A stretch of DNA of 64,000 bases from NCBI GenBank assembly GCA_963769425.1, contig CAVYLP010000004.1, positions 96,001-160,000 of the forward strand, given 5' to 3'. Under the pieces are notes generated by a model. That model worked only from the letters and a program-made list of their open reading frames with translations. It did no database searches and was not told the origin of the DNA. A program made the position numbers and the translations under genes. The stretch is from Candidatus Bathyarchaeota archaeon. GTDB lineage: Archaea; Thermoproteota; Bathyarchaeia; TCS64. Below, piece after piece: positions 59,659 to 64,000 of this stretch. Position 1 is the stretch's first letter. The number at the start of each line of letters is the position of its first letter.

Positions 59659-61557
59659 TTACTGCTTCTTTTCGTCGTCGACTACCTTGTACTCGGCGTC
59701 GACGCTCTTCTTGCCCTGTTCCTCTTGGGGCTCGGGGCTGGGCTGTTGTTGTTCTTGGCCGGGCTGCTGTTGTTGTTGCTGCTGTTGTGCCTCGGCGGAT
59801 TGCTTGTAGATCTCTGCGCCGGCCTCCTGGACGATCTTCGTCAAGTCGTCTGATTTGGCTTTAATGGCATCGGTGTCGGTGCCCTTGAGGGCCTCCTTGA
59901 GGGCGGTGAGGCTGTCGCTGATCTTGTTCTTGAGGTCGCTGGGTAGCTTGTCGCCGACGTCTGTGAGGGTCTTCTCTGTGGTGTAGGCGATGCTGTCGGC
60001 GTTGTTCCTGATCTCGGCCTCCTCCTTTGCCTTCTTGTCTGCCTCAGCGTACCTCTCGGCCTCCTCCATCATGCGGTCCTTCTCCTTCTGGTTGAGCTTA
60101 GTTGAGGCCTGGATGGTTATGCCCATCTGCTTTCCGGTGCCGAGGTCCTTGGCGGAGACGTTGAGGACGCCGTCCGTGTTTATGTCGAACGTGACCTGTA
60201 TCTGGGGGACGCCGCGTGGGGCTGGGGGTATTCCGGTGAGGTCGAAGCGCCCCAAGCTTATGTTGTCCTTCGCCATGGCTCGCTCTCCCTGTAGGACGTG
60301 TATGGTGACGGCGGTCTGCATGTCAGCGGCTGTGCTGAAGGTCTGAGTCTGCTTGGTGGGTATGGTTGTGTTGCGTTCTAGGACCTTGGTCAGGACTCCA
60401 CCGAGGGTCTCGACGCCGAGGCTGAGGGGGGTTACGTCGAGGAGGACTATGTCGCTGATCTCCCCGGCGATGATGGCGCCCTGTATGGCAGCGCCCATGG
60501 CCACGCACTCCATGGGATCCAGACCCCTCTCGAGCTTCTTGCCGACAGCCTCCTCGACTATCTGCTGGACGAGGGGCATCTTGGTCATGCCTCCGAAGAG
60601 GATGACCTTGTCGATCTTGTCCTTGGTAATCTTCGCGTCCTCAATGGTTCGGAGGATGGGTTGCCTGATCTTCTCGATTATTGGGCGGGCGATCTGCTCG
60701 AGCTTGGCCCTCGTCATGGTGATGTGCATGTTCTTGGGGCCGTTCGCGCCCATTGCGAGGTAGGGGAGGTCGATGTCGGTGCTGAGGACGCCGCTTAGTT
60801 CGATCTTTGCCTTCTCGGCGCCCTCCTTGAGGCGCGCCATAGCCTTGAGGTCGCTGCGCAGGTCGACTCCGTCGCTGCGCTTGAACTCGTCGACGAGGTA
60901 GTCCATAATGGCTTTATCGACGTCTGCTCCACCGGTCTGGGTGTCGCCGCTTGTGCTGAGGACCTCGAAAACGCCTCCGCCGAAGTCCATGACGGTTGTG
61001 TCGTTTGTTCCTCCACCGAAGCTGAAGACGAGAATCTTGAGCTCCTTATCAGCCTTGTCGATGCCGTATGCGAGGGCTGCGGCTGTTGGCTCGTTGACGA
61101 TCCTAGTCACTTTGAGACCAGCGATCTCACCTGCGTCGATGGTTGCCTGGCGCTGGTTGTCGTTAAAGTGGGCTGGTACAGTGATTACCGCTTTTGTGAC
61201 CTTCTCGCCGAGGAATGTCTCGGAGTCTCGCAGTATTTTTTGGAGGATGAATGCGCTGATCTGCTGGGGAGTGTAGTCCTTACCGTTAAGGGTGATTGTC
61301 TTGCTTGTGCCCATGAGGCGCTTTGCCTCGCGGACCGTGCCCTCGGGGTTTGTGATAGCTTGGCGTCTTGCGGGTTCGCCGACGAGGAGTTGGCCGTCCT
61401 TTGTGAAGGCGACGACGCTTGGGAACATCTTACCAGCGACTGTTGGGCCCTCGGCGCTGGGGATCACTACTGGTTTGCCGCCCATGACTACTGCCGCGGC
61501 GCTGTTTGTGGTTCCTAGGTCTATTCCTATGATCTTCTCACGCTTGTTCTCTGTCAT
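59659..61557 (-). CDS. dnaK: Chaperone DnaK (Hsp70)
   Basis: [40 protein letters not shown]; Gln-rich C-terminal tail. Confidence 0.98.
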   Translation of the reverse strand: MTENKREKIIGIDLGTTNSAAAVVMGGKPVVIPSAEGPTVAGKMFPSVVAFTKDGQLLVGEPARRQAITNPEGTVREAKRLMGTSKTITLNGKDYTPQQISAFILQKILRDSETFLGEKVTKAVITVPAHFNDNQRQATIDAGEIAGLKVTRIVNEPTAAALAYGIDKADKELKILVFSFGGGTNDTTVMDFGGGVFEVLSTSGDTQTGGADVDKAIMDYLVDEFKRSDGVDLRSDLKAMARLKEGAEKAKIELSGVLSTDIDLPYLAMGANGPKNMHITMTRAKLEQIARPIIEKIRQPILRTIEDAKITKDKIDKVILFGGMTKMPLVQQIVEEAVGKKLERGLDPMECVAMGAAIQGAIIAGEISDIVLLDVTPLSLGVETLGGVLTKVLERNTTIPTKQTQTFSTAADMQTAVTIHVLQGERAMAKDNISLGRFDLTGIPPAPRGVPQIQVTFDINTDGVLNVSAKDLGTGKQMGITIQASTKLNQKEKDRMMEEAERYAEADKKAKEEAEIRNNADSIAYTTEKTLTDVGDKLPSDLKNKISDSLTALKEALKGTDTDAIKAKSDDLTKIVQEAGAEIYKQSAEAQQQQQQQQPGQEQQQPSPEPQEEQGKKSVDAEYKVVDDEKKQ

Positions 61558-62176
61558 CGTCTTTTTCCTCTTGTTTGCTCGGCGCCTTCGCGACCTTTAC
61601 CATTGCTGCGCGTAGGACCTTGTCTTTGTAGGAGTAACCCTTCCTTATCTCCTCTACTACTGTTCCAGGTGGGCAGGTGTCACTCTCGGATTCGAGAACG
61701 GCCTCGTGGTGGTATGGGTCGAATGGCTTGCCTACGGCTTCAAGCGGTGTAACTCCCTCGGATTCGAGGAGTGTGAGGAGCTTTGTGTGGATCATCTTGG
61801 CACCTTCATCACCTGTGTGGTTTGCTACTAGAGCGAGTTCGTCGGCGAGGATTGTAAGCTGGGCGAGAATGCGTGCGTTGTTTCTGTCGTTTGCCTCCTC
61901 GATTCGTCGCTGGCTCTGCTTCTGAATGTTGTCGAGATCTGCCTTGGCGTACTTGAGTTGGTTGAGGTATGATTCAGCCTGGGTCCTTGCCTCAGCTAAC
62001 TGGGCTTCGAGTTCGGCTATTCGTTCGTCCTTGCGCTTTGGTTTTGGCGGCGGTGGCTCCGGGCTCATGTCGTTAGGTGTTGACGCGGGTTGGTTTATTT
62101 TCTTTGTGCTGTCTGTGGAGGATGTTTTCTCATCGATCGCTAATAATAACATCGGGCGGGTTATTGTGTGGTTCAT
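61538..62176 (-). CDS. grpE: Nucleotide exchange factor GrpE (true start probably ~62068)
   Basis: [20 protein letters not shown]...VLRAAMVKV. Confidence 0.93.
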   Translation of the reverse strand: MNHTITRPMLLLAIDEKTSSTDSTKKINQPASTPNDMSPEPPPPKPKRKDERIAELEAQLAEARTQAESYLNQLKYAKADLDNIQKQSQRRIEEANDRNNARILAQLTILADELALVANHTGDEGAKMIHTKLLTLLESEGVTPLEAVGKPFDPYHHEAVLESESDTCPPGTVVEEIRKGYSYKDKVLRAAMVKVAKAPSKQEEKDDDREQA

Positions 62177-62313
62177 TGTGCTTGGTTGGGGGTTTGCGTC
62201 GTGTTTTGTTGATTTTATATTTTTGTGTCAGCGGCGTGTTTTTTCGCTATTTAAGGGGTGTTATGAAGCATAACAATCTGATGTGTGTTTGTGTTGGATT
62301 TAGGAATTGTTAG

Positions 62314-62769
62314 TTATTGAGCAATGTCTGCGATCGTGTGAGGGACGGCGCGTAGTAGGTCTGCAGTCCTCATCTCGATGCCGTGTAAGTGGTGGCCGGA
62401 GCCGAAGTTGACTCGGGAAAGCTTAGTGACGCGTGTGTCGATGGTGAGTGGGATGCTGAGGGTTAGAGGGCAGACGGCGCCGGGGTCTACGCCCGCCACC
62501 TCACGCACCTCGTCGGGGGACGCCACCGAGAGCCTCCTCCCCGTGACGCCCTTCGCCTTTAGGAAGTCGACGCGGTCCGTGCCGATGAGGAAGAAGGCGT
62601 ATCGCCCGCCCTTGGAGTCGCGCATTATGACCGTTTTGCACACCTCCTCAGCGGGAAAGTCTCCCCTGCTGAATCGGAGGACATCTGCGACAGTCATGGC
62701 GCAGTCGCTAAGCTCTATGAGACGATAGGGGATGCCCTTCTCGGTGAGGATTCGCTCGGCTTCGAGCAT
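62314..62769 (-). CDS. YbaK/EbsC (INS superfamily) aminoacyl-tRNA deacylase-like protein
   Basis: VCKTV, AS..EV....G..PGAVCP, FGSG. Confidence 0.8.
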   Translation of the reverse strand: MLEAERILTEKGIPYRLIELSDCAMTVADVLRFSRGDFPAEEVCKTVIMRDSKGGRYAFFLIGTDRVDFLKAKGVTGRRLSVASPDEVREVAGVDPGAVCPLTLSIPLTIDTRVTKLSRVNFGSGHHLHGIEMRTADLLRAVPHTIADIAQ

Positions 62770-62852
62770 CGTTCAGGTATTGGGTCGACTGCTTAAATAA
62801 GCGGCGGTCGAGCTTGCGCTACGGTATAGATAAGAGAAAAAAACTCGGGTAC

Positions 62853-63524
62853 TTAGGCCAGCTTTATTGCGACTAGCGCGAGGAGATGGAGTGGGTAGTA
62901 GACATAGAAGAAGTACTTCCTGAAGAGTGGGTGCGCCCTGCCGCCACCGCCGAAGTTGAGTCTCCCCCAGCTGTGCAGGAGTATCAGTGGAAGTGCGAGC
63001 AGCGCGAGTGGCTGGTAACTGGGCTCGATCACGTACAGCACCGCGTTTACTAGGGCGAAGAGGCCGACGCCCACCCTCCAGTCCTTCCTGAGAAGGTAGA
63101 AGAAGAGAATCGTCGCCGTGCCGTAGATGCCGTAGTCGACGGGGAGGAACGAGGCGGCAAGCGGGATGAAGATGAGTGGGCTGTTCTTCTCCATGAGGTA
63201 GACTGTCGTCAGCCCCAGGGCAAGGGTGAAGAAGATGTTAAGCTTCTCCCAGGGCTGCACACCGTTCGCGAGGGCGAAGGGGATCTGCGAGACCAGACCG
63301 AAGAAGAGGAGCCTGTTGAAGTAGCCCCTCAGGTTCCGAGTGCTCTCCACTCCGAGCACCAGGAGATACGCGAAGAGGGGAAAAGCGAGCCGACCCACGA
63401 AGCGTAGCACCGTATACTCGGGGTAGAGCACCAAGCCTATGTGGTCCACTGTCATCGTGGCTATCGCCACCCACTTGAGGAACTCCCTCCCCCAGTCATA
63501 GCTCGCCGCGTCAGGGGCTTCCAA
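62853..63524 (-). CDS. TraX family membrane protein
   Basis: LKWVA..TM.VDH, GRLAFPLF, NIFFTL, DYG..G, FY.YYP.HL. Confidence 0.88.
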   Translation of the reverse strand: MEAPDAASYDWGREFLKWVAIATMTVDHIGLVLYPEYTVLRFVGRLAFPLFAYLLVLGVESTRNLRGYFNRLLFFGLVSQIPFALANGVQPWEKLNIFFTLALGLTTVYLMEKNSPLIFIPLAASFLPVDYGIYGTATILFFYLLRKDWRVGVGLFALVNAVLYVIEPSYQPLALLALPLILLHSWGRLNFGGGGRAHPLFRKYFFYVYYPLHLLALVAIKLA

Positions 63525-63687
63525 TGCAATCGATTGTACTAAACAGCGAATAAAAACCGTATAGCTGCGGTTCTGATCCTGCTTCTGCGTAATCCTGAAT
63601 TTCGCCTGTAGGGTGGCGAGTTCGTATAACTATACTTGCGGAGGATATAGGCTTCCACGGATTCGATAGTTGCGCGCCGTGGACCGG

Positions 63688-64000
63688 CTACAGCTTCTCT
63701 CTCAGCACCTCGACGGCTCTGTCGACCTGTTCGACACTTGTGCCAATGTAGGTGTGGGGGTTAAGCCACTCGTCCATCTCTGCGGGGGTGATGAGGTGGG
63801 TTGCCTCCTTATCCTCCTCCATGACCTGCCTGAGGGGGCGCTTCTCCGCCCACGCCTTGAGGGCTAGACGACGCATGAGTTCGTGCCCATCTTGTCGACC
63901 TACACCCTTCGAGACGAGCTCGATCATCACCCTCTCAGTCAGTATGAGCCCAAGCGTCATGTTCAGGTTCCTCTCGATGTTGTCAGAGTCGAAGCTGAGG
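63688..64000 (-). CDS. purB: Adenylosuccinate lyase, C-terminal part (runs off the window)
   Basis: NI.RNL..T.GLI..E.VM..L..KG.GRQ..HE...P..Y.G. Confidence 0.85.
   Translation of the reverse strand, partial: LSFDSDNIERNLNMTLGLILTERVMIELVSKGVGRQDGHELMRRLALKAWAEKRPLRQVMEEDKEATHLITPAEMDEWLNPHTYIGTSVEQVDRAVEVLREKL

Noticed and set aside
59740-59790. CAA/CAG repeat in dnaK as a contingency locus
   Set aside because: It consists of mixed Gln codons in frame, encoding the usual disordered C-terminal tail.
62853-63524. TraX as evidence of a conjugative element
   Set aside because: No other transfer genes are present, and stand-alone TraX-family genes are common on chromosomes.
63601-63650. TCGCC-TGTAGGGT-GGCGA hairpin sharing a 12-mer with array subfamily B, next to a XerC-like half-site AGTTCGTATAA
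   Set aside because: A 12-bp match to some part of an 800-bp array is expected by chance. The second Xer arm is missing.
222-63960. Numerous antisense and overlapping ORFs in the six-frame track
   Set aside because: They are shadows of GC-rich coding genes with no recognisable motifs.

Overview
This window is archaeal chromosomal DNA, most likely from a TACK-lineage archaeon such as Bathyarchaeia. That placement is inferred from archaeal PheST, TBP next to a C34/TFE-beta-type gene, archaeal-type MAT and PurA, Hel308, a grpE-dnaK-dnaJ operon and many peptide/amino-acid catabolic genes. Most of the window is GC-rich housekeeping and metabolic sequence. About 14 genes are split by 1-nt indels, including normally conserved ones (hel308, the TFE-beta-like gene, por subunits), which points to uncorrected sequencing errors rather than true pseudogenes. 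Two accessory regions stand out. (1) An AT-rich island at about 11.2-16.4 kb opens with an unexplained ~800-bp non-coding array of ~23 quasi-palindromic TTCC-N8/9-GG(A/T)A motifs. The motifs are phased at 21-24 bp, fall into two subfamilies, include a higher-order duplication and one inverted copy, and come with an inverted repeat and AT-rich flanks. The array is followed by a membrane-anchored beta-helix protein, a TRADD-N-associated-like membrane protein and a HEPN-like protein. (2) An integrase-less ~3.7-kb island sits at the 3' end of tRNA-Leu(UAG), with a degenerate attR at 46514-46538. It contains a GNAT gene bracketed by a perfect 15-bp direct repeat. A 30-bp dif-like palindrome lies at 24597-24626. 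No CRISPR array, transposase, integrase or reverse transcriptase was recognised. All family calls come from motif recognition, not from database searches.
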